Positions 47,871 to 56,836 of a DNA stretch of 58,053 nucleotides are shown here, in pieces. Every line of letters starts with the position of its first letter. Position 1 is the stretch's first letter. Origin of the DNA: an uncultured Pseudomonadota bacterium (GTDB lineage Bacteria; Pseudomonadota; Alphaproteobacteria; UBA3830). The notes under the pieces are model-generated. The model was not told the origin of the DNA. It searched no databases and was given only the letters and a program-made list of their open reading frames with translations. The stretch covers positions 1 through 58,053 of the forward strand of contig CACWKL010000001.1 in NCBI GenBank assembly GCA_902761495.1, written 5' to 3'. The position numbers and the translations under genes were made by a program.

Positions 47871-48332
47871 CTAAAGTTTTGGAAAAATATTTAATTGGGA
47901 CATAGCTTCCGACAAAACAATTGCCGCAGAGATAGCCATATTTATCGATCTACGTCCTTTTATCATCGGAATTTTTACCATTGCGATGCATTTTTTTAAA
48001 TCCTCTGGAAGAAATCCGTAATGTTCCGAGCCGACCATCAAGATATCTCCGTCTCGGTATCGAAACTCATTGTGAGCAACGGAAACTTCGTTCGCCTCCA
48101 GCGCGATTATTCTTCTATTTTTTGATTTTTTGAGAAAATTTTCGAAAGAATCATGAATTTCATAATCCGCCGTCTGGATATAATCCATGCCGGCGCGTTT
48201 TAGTTTTGCGTCATTAAAAATAAAACCGAAAGGTTTGATTAAATCAACGTGAATTCCAAGACAAGACGCCAATCGCAACAGGGTTCCCGTATTTTGCGGA
48301 ATTTGCGGATGATAAACTGCCAGACTTATCAT
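47871..48332 (-). CDS. trmL: tRNA (cytidine/uridine-2'-O)-methyltransferase TrmL (SpoU/TrmH family)
   Basis: 153-aa ORF with HPQIPQNTGTLLRLASCLG, LMVGSEHYG and RSINMAISAAIVL motifs. Confidence 0.88.
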   Translation of the reverse strand: MISLAVYHPQIPQNTGTLLRLASCLGIHVDLIKPFGFIFNDAKLKRAGMDYIQTADYEIHDSFENFLKKSKNRRIIALEANEVSVAHNEFRYRDGDILMVGSEHYGFLPEDLKKCIAMVKIPMIKGRRSINMAISAAIVLSEAMSQLNIFPKL

Positions 48333-48342
48333 AGACGCGACG

Positions 48343-48939
48343 TTAATCTTCTGATTTTATTTCATGTAGAAACCAGCGCGAATCAGTGGAATTTTCCTTT
48401 CTGGAGAAAACCCAAATATCAGTTCTGCTTTCGACGTAATCGAGACTTCCCTCCAAAATAGTTCCGTTCGTTGATCTTAATGCGGTGGTTTGGTCGGTAA
48501 CAAACTTCACCGTGATGTAAATGTTCCCGTTGTCCACGTTAACATCTACCAACTCAGTTTCAGCGAATTGTAAGATACTTCCCTCAAGAGTCTCACCTCG
48601 TTCTTTGCGATCGTCAATTGCCATAGAAAAAGCCTTGAAAGTTCTCGGAGATAACAAATCTTTCAGAGTGGACTTATCTCCGTCGGCATAAGCTTCAAAA
48701 ACCAATTCAAAAACCTTTTCGGCCTTTCTCAGAAAATCTTTTTCATCAAATTTGGGGCAGCTGCGAGAAATGGTCTTCCAAATTCTTTCTTGTTCTGAAA
48801 CCTCTTGAATTTCTGCACTTTCCTCAGTCGAATTGCTGAGGTTTTCCCTTTTTATTTTGAATCCTACGTCAACCCCTAGAACTTCGTTCAACTTAATCAA
48901 TAAAACAAAAGTAAGTATCGCAAAAATGAGAGTGATCAT
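48343..48939 (-). CDS. Tim44-like domain protein (alphaproteobacterial type)
   Basis: 198-aa ORF. N-terminal TM, then a Tim44-like C-terminal domain (FLRKAEKVFELVFEAYADGDKSTLKDLLSP..F..F). Size and layout typical of alphaproteobacterial homologs. Confidence 0.72.
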   Translation of the reverse strand: MITLIFAILTFVLLIKLNEVLGVDVGFKIKRENLSNSTEESAEIQEVSEQERIWKTISRSCPKFDEKDFLRKAEKVFELVFEAYADGDKSTLKDLLSPRTFKAFSMAIDDRKERGETLEGSILQFAETELVDVNVDNGNIYITVKFVTDQTTALRSTNGTILEGSLDYVESRTDIWVFSRKENSTDSRWFLHEIKSED

Positions 48940-49490
48940 TCCTGATTAGTTTCTCCCTTGGATTTCTCGAGAGAAGCAATGGCTGCATCGAGTTCAATTT
49001 GTGAACAAAACCCCAGTAGCACAGGATCTCTCGGCTTTAACTCATTCATGCGCGCATGGGTTCTTTCCCGAATGGATGCGACAGTACTTTTTGTGGTCGA
49101 CAGCAAAGAGCAAATAACCGAATCAGACATATCCGGATAGTATTTGAGCAACCATGCAACAGCATCTGGACGTTCTTGCCTTTTTCTGAGGGGGACGTAT
49201 TTCTTCTTGCTTTTTTTTCTCAGTGCGTTAATTGCTGGCGAGGACAAAAACAACCGAGCGTTCGGATTCTTTGAACACCTTTCAATTTCTTCCATGGTTA
49301 ACTGTCCCATTTTTACGGGATCAACGCCGATCATTCCGACAGATGATTGCTCATCAGCAAGAGCTTGAACCTCAAGAACGTGCAAGCCGCAGAACTGTGC
49401 AATCTGCTCGAATGTCAACGCGGTATTTTCAATCAACCAAACCGCGGTGCCTTTAGGCATAATAGGTGCTGTTGTCATAATAAAATCCAC
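48936..49490 (-). CDS. DUF1013 family protein (TrcR-like, alphaproteobacteria-specific)
   Basis: 184-aa ORF with the conserved N-terminus MPKGTAVWLIENTALTFEQIAQFCGLHVLEVQALAD. Confidence 0.65.
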   Translation of the reverse strand: MDFIMTTAPIMPKGTAVWLIENTALTFEQIAQFCGLHVLEVQALADEQSSVGMIGVDPVKMGQLTMEEIERCSKNPNARLFLSSPAINALRKKSKKKYVPLRKRQERPDAVAWLLKYYPDMSDSVICSLLSTTKSTVASIRERTHARMNELKPRDPVLLGFCSQIELDAAIASLEKSKGETNQE

Positions 49491-49608
49491 TCATTATTCT
49501 CAGTGGCATTTTACAACTTTTGCTTCGGAATCTCAATAATATTAAGATGGTACCGGAAGGATTTTTAACCTGAAATCCCAATCATGTCGTGTGAAATAGA
49601 TTGATTTT

Positions 49609-50028
49609 TTAGGTACCATTTTTTTTTAATTTTTCAGTGATAAATTCCGGAGCATTTATGAGAGCTCGTTTCTTATTTCCGTCGTAGAAAGCGTGCTTAG
49701 TTTCAGCTTCAGATAGCAAAACGCCTGTTTCTTGATCTTTTATTGTATATTTTATTATCAGAAAATGATCAGCTTTAACTATTTCAGCGGTTATTGCAAC
49801 TTCTTGATCGAAACGGCAAGGACGAGAATATTTTATCTTCAAACAAATTAATGGAATTTGATGATTTCTTTTGTAAATCTCTTGATATGAAATTCCCAAC
49901 TTTTTGAGGAGCTGACAGCGCGCTTCCTCGTAATATTTACAATAATTTCCGTGCCACATAACTCCTGTCATATCGACATCGCAAAAATCAATCCTTCGAA
50001 CAATAGTCTCCTGCATTTTCTGTTCCAT
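49609..50028 (-). CDS. Acyl-CoA thioesterase, 4HBT/YbgC-like hotdog fold
   Basis: 139-aa ORF. DVDMTGVMWHGNYCKYYEEAR matches the YbgC/FadM catalytic Asp region. Confidence 0.75.
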   Translation of the reverse strand: MEQKMQETIVRRIDFCDVDMTGVMWHGNYCKYYEEARCQLLKKLGISYQEIYKRNHQIPLICLKIKYSRPCRFDQEVAITAEIVKADHFLIIKYTIKDQETGVLLSEAETKHAFYDGNKKRALINAPEFITEKLKKNGT

Positions 50029-50125
50029 TTCGCAAAATCACCATGATTTTCTCAAATTTATCATAATATTCGGTTAAATTTTGAAAAATGAAACAGATTT
50101 AGCGAAAAACTGATTTTTTTTATGA

Positions 50126-50143
50126 GAGAGGCATATGCCTCTC
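50126..50143. repeat. Perfect 18-bp palindrome GAGAGGCATATGCCTCTC in an intergenic spacer
   Basis: Self-complementary by inspection. Lies between the LRR gene stop (50157) and the thioesterase start (50028). The T-run is on the wrong side for a minus-strand intrinsic terminator. Confidence 0.8.
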
Positions 50144-50156
50144 CCTGTAAATTCCC

Positions 50157-51008
50157 TTACCTTAATTCTACAGATATAGACTGATCATCATTTTTGACAA
50201 AGCTCTCGATTCTATCTTCAGGAATTTGATTTAACAAGTATTCGTCAATAGTAATTTTTTTCAAGGACTTTAAAAGCCATAAATATTCTGGCAGCTTCTC
50301 AATTTTGTTGTGGGAAATATCTAGCTTTTTTAAATGTCCAAGATATTGAAGGCAAGTTTGTAAATGATCACCTTCATACACTTTAGGAAGGTTACTTAAC
50401 TCATTGTGAGAAATGTTTAATTCTTCAAGATTTTTTAAGTAAGGTATGGTCTGCCAATCACTAATCTTATTGTTTGAAAAATCTAATATTTCTACATTAG
50501 GTGCTGGATCCCATCTTGTTTCAAAATCGATAACTTCAACGTTACATCCAAAAAAACCTAACTTTTTTAAATTTTTTAATCCACTAACATATCTCGTATC
50601 GAAGCGAAATATATTTTTAGGAAAACAGCACGAAACAAAGTATACTTCCTTTAGATTTTTCGGTAATTCTTGATGGTTCCTATTAAGCCATATATCCACT
50701 GAACGTAAGTTGACGTTTTTAACCCATAACACTTCAAGAGTTTCCGGCAAAGTGCCTAATTGAGACAGAGGCTTACCTTTCTTCTCAATATACAATTCTT
50801 TTGTATCTAGTGATTCTACTTCTTTGGGTAAATGATTACCAGTAACTACAACTACACGCGAGTCATTTTGTTGAAATATATTATCATAACTATTGTCTTT
50901 CATTGAAAATACATCATTAACACACAACAAAGTAATAACCATATACAACGACTTTACACAAAATTTCATCTTTACTATCCTTTTCCAAACGACATGCATA
51001 TCTACCAT
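50157..51008 (-). CDS. Leucine-rich repeat protein (short 22-24-aa SDS22/bacterial-type repeats), probable secreted effector
   Basis: 283-aa ORF. The probable start is Met at 50969, giving MKFCVKSLYMVITLLCVNDVFS as a signal. Repeats include LKNLEELNISHNELSNLP and LKKLDISHNKIEKLPEYL. Confidence 0.85.
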   Translation of the reverse strand: MVDMHVVWKRIVKMKFCVKSLYMVITLLCVNDVFSMKDNSYDNIFQQNDSRVVVVTGNHLPKEVESLDTKELYIEKKGKPLSQLGTLPETLEVLWVKNVNLRSVDIWLNRNHQELPKNLKEVYFVSCCFPKNIFRFDTRYVSGLKNLKKLGFFGCNVEVIDFETRWDPAPNVEILDFSNNKISDWQTIPYLKNLEELNISHNELSNLPKVYEGDHLQTCLQYLGHLKKLDISHNKIEKLPEYLWLLKSLKKITIDEYLLNQIPEDRIESFVKNDDQSISVELR

Positions 51009-51042
51009 ATGTTGAATTTGTTTGCAATAGAATTTTAAATTT

Positions 51043-52053
51043 TTAATCCAAAATTGACTCGGCTTCTTTCAAGATCTGATTAATAATTTCTTGAATCGAT
51101 CTTTCCTCCTTTATCAGCTCGACGATTTGCCCGGACATCAGTGAACCGCGGTCGATATCACCTTCTCGAACTGCGCGTCGTAAAGATCCTGCCCAGAAAT
51201 GCTCTAGAGAAAGTCGACCATTGGTTGCCGCGACTTCTCCTTTTTCGAATTTTTCCAAAACTTCCCTTTGCTTTTGGGCAAATTCTTCCGTTGCGATATT
51301 TTCCAAGGCACGTACTGGAGCAATATTGAATTTTTTATCAAGCTGTACAGGTAAAACAGCGTTTCTTCCACTGGCTCGGAAATAAGCCTTTTTGAAATCT
51401 TCATGAGCCGTAGATTCCTTACAGCATGCAAAAACTGTACCCAACTGACAGCCTGCTGCTCCGAGTTTTAACAATGCCGCAACCATTTCTCCTCTTAAAA
51501 TTCCACCTGCGACGAAGATAGGATACTCTTTCATGTTTAACAAAATGTCTTGAATCAAAATCATGGTGGAAAGAGGTCCAACGTGACCGCCAGCTTCGCT
51601 TCCTTCAATTATCAAAGCGTCAATTCCTTGCTTGAATAGTCTTTTCGCAATTATCTGCGATGGAGCGAAAGCCATAACCTGCAAACCGTAACTGTGAATT
51701 TTTTCGATCGTACTTTTTTCAGGAATACCTCCCGCTAAGATTACGTGAGAAACTTTTCTTTCTCCACAAACGTCGATCAGATCGTTAATTTTTGGATTCA
51801 TAGTTATGATATTCACACCAAAATTCTTATTCGTTTTTTGTTGAGTTGCAATAATTTCTTCTTTCAATAAATCTCCGTCTATCGCTCCTGAAGCTAGAAC
51901 GCCGAATAATCCAGCATTGGAAAGAGCTGAAGTCAGATTCGATTCGGAAATCCAAGTCATAGCGCCACCCATGATAGCGTATTTCGATCCCAAAATTTTC
52001 GATCCGCGCTCCATCAATTTCAAAATTTTTTCATTCATTTTTATAACCCGCAA
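51043..52053 (-). CDS. Nitronate monooxygenase family flavoprotein (FabK/YrpB-like NAD(P)H-dependent oxidoreductase)
   Basis: 336-aa ORF. TIM-barrel NMO pattern (IMGGAMTWISESNLTSALSNAGLFGVLASG, LIIEGSEAGGHVG, VAGGI). Confidence 0.82.
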   Translation of the reverse strand: MRVIKMNEKILKLMERGSKILGSKYAIMGGAMTWISESNLTSALSNAGLFGVLASGAIDGDLLKEEIIATQQKTNKNFGVNIITMNPKINDLIDVCGERKVSHVILAGGIPEKSTIEKIHSYGLQVMAFAPSQIIAKRLFKQGIDALIIEGSEAGGHVGPLSTMILIQDILLNMKEYPIFVAGGILRGEMVAALLKLGAAGCQLGTVFACCKESTAHEDFKKAYFRASGRNAVLPVQLDKKFNIAPVRALENIATEEFAQKQREVLEKFEKGEVAATNGRLSLEHFWAGSLRRAVREGDIDRGSLMSGQIVELIKEERSIQEIINQILKEAESILD

Positions 52054-53207
52054 CTTTTATGTAAAACATCCATAGACTTCAAAAGGCTTTCCGTCAGCAC
52101 GATTAAATTTATTCCATTCTTCCTGATCGAGCAATAAAAAACTTCAATTTTTGCTCTATTTAGAGTCGATTCGATTTTATTTCTATCTTTTTGAGTAAGA
52201 GATGATCCGATTACACTAATTCGCGAAAGACTTTTGCGAACCATTTCTTGTTTTATGTTCGATATATAGTTCTCTTTTGATAACAAATTCTGTATTAAGG
52301 AGACTTTTTGTCGATCAACTAAAATACTGAATTTCCCGTCAGATATTTTCAAGACCTCACATCTTGCGAACCATTTCTCCAGCAACTCAATTATAGGGAT
52401 ATGAGATTTTAATTTGTGATGTATTCTTAATTGAGCAAGATTTTGAATAATTGCTAATCCTACGAATTTTTTTGAAGAAACATCGGAACAAATTATTGTT
52501 CCTTCATTTTCAACAAAACTTGATGCAACACGGATGCGGACATTCTTTTTCATGGCGTAATCGACTGACTGTTCTTGCAGCACTTTTGCTCCTGATGCCG
52601 CCATTTCTTTCATTTCGTTATAGTGGACTTTATCAATACGGCGCGCTTGCGGATATAAATTCGGGTCGACAGTATAGACCCCGTCGACATCGGAATAAAT
52701 TTCGCAGAGCTCGGCTTTTAGCGCGTCGGACACAGCGACCGCGGTCAGGTCGGAGCCTCCTCGTCCCAATGTCGTGATTCTGTTTTCGGAGCTGATTCCC
52801 TGGAATCCACATATTACTGGAATAATTCCTTCCTGCAGATCTTTTTCAAGATTTGTCGGATCTACAGATTGAATAACCGCTGATCCGTAGTTGCTGGATG
52901 TTTTGATTGGAATCTGCCATCCGGCATAGGATCGGGATTTCAATCCCATATTTTTCAAAGTGATTGCCAGAAGTCCCGCTGTGACGAGTTCCCCCGACGA
53001 CACCACGCTGTCATAGTCTGCGTCGCCCTCGAAACTTCCGAGATTTTGTGCATATTCAATAAATTTATTAGTGACTCCCGCCATGGCTGATACAACCACC
53101 GCGATTTGTTTTGTTGCATGAGCTTCCGCAATCAATTCGGCTACATGTTTGATTCTTTCCAATGTTGCGACAGAAGTCCCTCCGAATTTTTGAACTATAC
53201 AAGCCAT
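52041..53207 (-). CDS. lysC: Aspartate kinase
   Basis: 388-aa ORF. N-terminal VQKFGGTSV, TLGRGGSDLTA and SDVDGVYTVDP motifs, plus C-terminal ACT-like region. Confidence 0.92.
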   Translation of the reverse strand: MACIVQKFGGTSVATLERIKHVAELIAEAHATKQIAVVVSAMAGVTNKFIEYAQNLGSFEGDADYDSVVSSGELVTAGLLAITLKNMGLKSRSYAGWQIPIKTSSNYGSAVIQSVDPTNLEKDLQEGIIPVICGFQGISSENRITTLGRGGSDLTAVAVSDALKAELCEIYSDVDGVYTVDPNLYPQARRIDKVHYNEMKEMAASGAKVLQEQSVDYAMKKNVRIRVASSFVENEGTIICSDVSSKKFVGLAIIQNLAQLRIHHKLKSHIPIIELLEKWFARCEVLKISDGKFSILVDRQKVSLIQNLLSKENYISNIKQEMVRKSLSRISVIGSSLTQKDRNKIESTLNRAKIEVFYCSIRKNGINLIVLTESLLKSMDVLHKSCGL

Positions 53208-53238
53208 ATATATTCCTTAATATTTCCGAAAATTTTTT

Positions 53239-54036
53239 CTATCCGTTAGCTAATTTCGGTAACTTCATAAAATTGATCAAATCGCGTAGCTCTTGACGAG
53301 CTGCCACATGAGAAATGTTAAGTTCAATTCCCTTAGCCTCAAGATCCAACAAAGTCAGTCCCGATATGAACAACTCTTTGAAGATAACTCTTTCGCAAAA
53401 TCCATTGCTCAGGCGAAATCCTAGCCTTCGGGAAAGAGCTTCCAAAATGGTATCGACATTTTTTCTGTTGTTGGAATACAACGGTGACATTCTGTTTTTC
53501 ACGACTATCCAATCAATAGGTTTTTCGCGACGAATCGCACGAGATTTGCGTTGTTCCCAAACCATTTCGGCATAAATACTTGGCTTCATTGTGCGAGAAT
53601 CACCTTGGTTTACGCGAACCAATACATCGATATCTATAAGACTTTCATTGATTGGAGTGATTAATGTATCTGCATATGAATGCACTGTCCTGGATAAAAA
53701 AGTGTCATTTCCTGGGGTATCGATCACAAGAAAATCACATGTTCTCAATTTTTCGAAGGCATTTTTTATCGATTCCGTATCTTTTCCTTGAGCAGCTTCA
53801 ACACTGGACTCCGAGGAATCTTTGAAAATTGCAAAATGCTCAGACAGTTTTATATTACCGGAATTATTATTCTTTCGGTTTTCGAAATATCTGGTGAAAG
53901 TTCCTTGTCTCGCGTCAATGTCGATTGTGCCGACCTTGAATCCCTGATTCAAAAGATAGACCGCAACATGCATCGCTATGGTGGACTTTCCCGTCCCACC
54001 TTTTTCATTTCCCAGAACTATAACGTAGGGTCTCAT
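53239..54036 (-). CDS. mipZ: Division-plane positioning ATPase MipZ (ParA-like)
   Basis: MRPYVIVLGNEKGGTGKSTIAMHVAVYLLNQGFKVGTIDIDARQGTFTRYFENR matches the MipZ N-terminus pattern. ATG 54036 follows a strong AGGAGAGAGGAA RBS; the track ORF extends to 54075. Confidence 0.85.
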   Translation of the reverse strand: MRPYVIVLGNEKGGTGKSTIAMHVAVYLLNQGFKVGTIDIDARQGTFTRYFENRKNNNSGNIKLSEHFAIFKDSSESSVEAAQGKDTESIKNAFEKLRTCDFLVIDTPGNDTFLSRTVHSYADTLITPINESLIDIDVLVRVNQGDSRTMKPSIYAEMVWEQRKSRAIRREKPIDWIVVKNRMSPLYSNNRKNVDTILEALSRRLGFRLSNGFCERVIFKELFISGLTLLDLEAKGIELNISHVAARQELRDLINFMKLPKLANG

Positions 54037-54838
54037 TTCCTCTCTCCTTTTGAATTTTCCTTTTATAAATAGCAATTGCTGCCATTACCACTCCCACTGA
54101 TAATGCAGCTATCAAAATAGTCGCTAGAGCGTTAACTTCTGGAGATATTCCGAAGCGCAAACTGGAGAAAATCACCATCGGCAAAGTTGTTGCTCCCGGA
54201 CCTGCTACGAAACTGGCTATCACAACATCATCAAGAGACAGAGCGAAGGCCAGCAGCCATCCCAAAATAATGGACGGGGCTATCATCGGTAAAGTTATAA
54301 CGAAGAAAACCTTTAGCGGAGAAGCTCCCAAGTCCAATGCGGCTTCTTCTACGGACTTATCCAGATCTTGCAATCTAGATTGAACGACCATCGTGACGTA
54401 GGACAAAGTCAGAGTAGTATGCGCGATTATGACGGTCATGATTCCGCGGTCCGGCCACCCGAGGATTTTTTTCATACCTACAAACAACATGAGCAAGGAC
54501 AATCCCATGATGACCTCCGGCATAACCAATGGGGAGGTGATCGATCCCACAAACAAACTTTTTCCCCTGAATCTTCCGAACCGAGTTATCACCAGCGCTG
54601 CCATTGTTCCCAAAATTACGGAGATGGTTGCTGAAATTCCCGCAACTTTCAGGCTGGTCCATGTCGCGTGCAAAATGATTTTGTTGGAGATTAATGCCTG
54701 ATACCATTTTACTGAAAATCCGCCCCAGGTGCTGAGATACCGCGACTCATTGAAGGAGTAAATCACGATACACAGCAGCGGAATGTAGAGAAACATGTAA
54801 CCGATGAACAGGAAAAATTTCGACCAAGAGAATCTCAC
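54005..54838 (-). CDS. ABC transporter permease, spermidine/putrescine PotC/PotI-like
   Basis: 6-TM permease with EAA loop VEEAALDLGASPLKVFFVITLP. The likely start is GTG 54838, which forms a GTGA overlap with the upstream permease stop. The track ORF extends to 54946. Confidence 0.8.
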   Translation of the reverse strand: MRFSWSKFFLFIGYMFLYIPLLCIVIYSFNESRYLSTWGGFSVKWYQALISNKIILHATWTSLKVAGISATISVILGTMAALVITRFGRFRGKSLFVGSITSPLVMPEVIMGLSLLMLFVGMKKILGWPDRGIMTVIIAHTTLTLSYVTMVVQSRLQDLDKSVEEAALDLGASPLKVFFVITLPMIAPSIILGWLLAFALSLDDVVIASFVAGPGATTLPMVIFSSLRFGISPEVNALATILIAALSVGVVMAAIAIYKRKIQKERGNETLRYSSGK

Positions 54839-55803
54839 TGTTGTTGCTCCTTTGTGGATACCAGTTCTTTTTGTCGTTGGGCGAGAACTATAGGCAAAAC
54901 AACAAAGATCAACAAAATTATCGACAGAGCTGCCGCCGTCGGCCACGAAAGATTACAGAAAAACTCATTCCAAACCAAACGGCCGATGGTAAGAGTTTGC
55001 GCGTTGCCCAGTAATTCAGGAATTACGAATTCTCCGATCGCCGGAACGAATACCAATGCGGATCCAGCAAAAATTCCCGGCATCGCAAGTGGAACAATTA
55101 CCGCGAAAAATGCCTTTAGCGGGGTGCATCCCAAGTCGTAAGCCGCTTCCATCATAGAGTAGTCGATTTTTTCGATGGCACTGTACAAAGGCAAAATCAT
55201 GAAAGGCAGATACGAGTAGACAATTCCCAAACACGCTGCATATGTGTTGTTCATCAGGGGCAGTGGCGCGGATATTAAGCCAAGTTTTATCAAAATGTTG
55301 TTTATGACTCCAGCGGGACTTAATAGTACGATCCAGGCGTATACCCGAATTAAAAACGAAGTCCAAAACGGCAGCACCACAAGCATTAGCAAAATTGATC
55401 GGTATTTTTCGGAAGATCTCGCGATTGCATAGGCCATCGGAAATCCTAGGATTAGGCAACAAATTGTGCATGCCCCCGCAATCAAGATCGATGTAGCAAA
55501 TCCTTCCATATACATTTCGTCGGTGAACAAAGTCAGATAGTTTCCCAAATTCAGGCGAATCTGCAAAGTCGCTCCTGAAATCCAATCAACAATCGATGTA
55601 TAGGGAGGTGTCGACAAAACTTCTTCGGAAAAACTGATTTTTATCAAAATTAAACATGGACAGATAAAAAATAAGAAGATCCAGACGTAAGGAATCGATA
55701 TAATGAGGTTGCGCCCTCCAAACCTTTTCAGTAGTCCATTACACCAAGAAATGATCCTCTCTTCGATTCTGTACATCAAATTCCTTTTCGATACAAGAAA
55801 CAT
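54835..55803 (-). CDS. ABC transporter permease, spermidine/putrescine PotB/PotH-like
   Basis: 322-aa ORF. 6-TM permease with EAA loop MMEAAYDLGCTPLKAFFAVIVP. Confidence 0.85.
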   Translation of the reverse strand: MFLVSKRNLMYRIEERIISWCNGLLKRFGGRNLIISIPYVWIFLFFICPCLILIKISFSEEVLSTPPYTSIVDWISGATLQIRLNLGNYLTLFTDEMYMEGFATSILIAGACTICCLILGFPMAYAIARSSEKYRSILLMLVVLPFWTSFLIRVYAWIVLLSPAGVINNILIKLGLISAPLPLMNNTYAACLGIVYSYLPFMILPLYSAIEKIDYSMMEAAYDLGCTPLKAFFAVIVPLAMPGIFAGSALVFVPAIGEFVIPELLGNAQTLTIGRLVWNEFFCNLSWPTAAALSIILLIFVVLPIVLAQRQKELVSTKEQQQ

Positions 55804-55912
55804 GAAATTCTAGCATATTCTCGAAATGACTGCCATAGTATTATGTGGTGCAATTAGATGCGATCGGGTATAGTATGATATACGTGGCTGTAGAAAAATC
55901 GGAATTTCGAAC

Positions 55913-56836
55913 ATGCTGTTAAGGGTTAATGAAGATTTGCAAAAGTTGGTACAAGATTGGCTGGCACAGTTGGAAGTTCAGTTGTGCTATTCAGAACATA
56001 CCATAGTTTGTTACCACCGAGATTTGTTTGATTTTTTGAATTTTCTGAATGAGCATGAAAATGCAGTAGTCGATCTGAAAATTTTGAAGAACTTGAAATT
56101 ATCTGATTTTCGCGCTTGGTTTTCAAATCGACTCGGAAAAGATTTATCCGCTCGTTCCAATGCCAGAGCCTTATCGTCAGTAAAATCGTTTTTTTATTAT
56201 CTCGCTAAGTTAAATTTGTTAGACATGAAAGTTATTGATTCGGTGCGTCGCTCGAAATTGTCGAAACTGCTTCCGAAACCAATTCCCGAAGACAACATTA
56301 TGAAATTTCTCGATCAGGAGTTTTATTTTGAAAATGATCCGCAGTGGGTGACAAATCGCGATCGAGCTCTCTATACTTTGCTTTATTCGACGGGGTTAAG
56401 AATCAGCGAAGCCCTGAATATCAAAACAAAAGACATCGAACAAGAAATGAAAATAAGAGGGAAGGGAAAGAAAGATCGAGTAGTGCTGCTGTTTCCTATA
56501 ACTTTGGAGAGAATTAGGACCTATATTAACACCTGTCCCTATGATTTGAATGACGGATTTTTGTTTCTCGGAGTGAAAGGTAAGAAATTATGCGCTTCGG
56601 TGGTGGATATTCGTCTTAAGAAGTTGCAAATTCTCAACGAATTGCCCGAACACTCGAGTGCTCATGCTTTTCGGCACAGTTTTGCAACTCATTTGGTTCG
56701 AAAAGGGGCAGATCTCCGCTCGGTTCAGGAACTGTTGGGGCACGAATCCCTGGAAAGTACTCAAATTTACACGGACATCGACGACTACAGTCTGTTGAAA
56801 ATTTACGAAAAAACTCACCCGCTGGAGAATGAGTGA
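55913..56836 (+). CDS. Tyrosine site-specific recombinase, XerC/XerD family
   Basis: 307-aa ORF. N-terminal SAM-like domain (HTIVCYHRDLFDFLNFL) and catalytic residues in context (GLRISEAL, HAFRHSFATHL, LLGHESLESTQIYT). XerC cannot be told from XerD by eye. Confidence 0.85.
   Translation: MLLRVNEDLQKLVQDWLAQLEVQLCYSEHTIVCYHRDLFDFLNFLNEHENAVVDLKILKNLKLSDFRAWFSNRLGKDLSARSNARALSSVKSFFYYLAKLNLLDMKVIDSVRRSKLSKLLPKPIPEDNIMKFLDQEFYFENDPQWVTNRDRALYTLLYSTGLRISEALNIKTKDIEQEMKIRGKGKKDRVVLLFPITLERIRTYINTCPYDLNDGFLFLGVKGKKLCASVVDIRLKKLQILNELPEHSSAHAFRHSFATHLVRKGADLRSVQELLGHESLESTQIYTDIDDYSLLKIYEKTHPLENE

Noticed and set aside
55016-55585. 189-aa minus-strand ORF in an alternative frame of the potB-like gene
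   Set aside because: It is an overlapping out-of-frame ORF with an Arg/Cys-rich nonsense-like translation. The potB frame carries the EAA loop and TM pattern.
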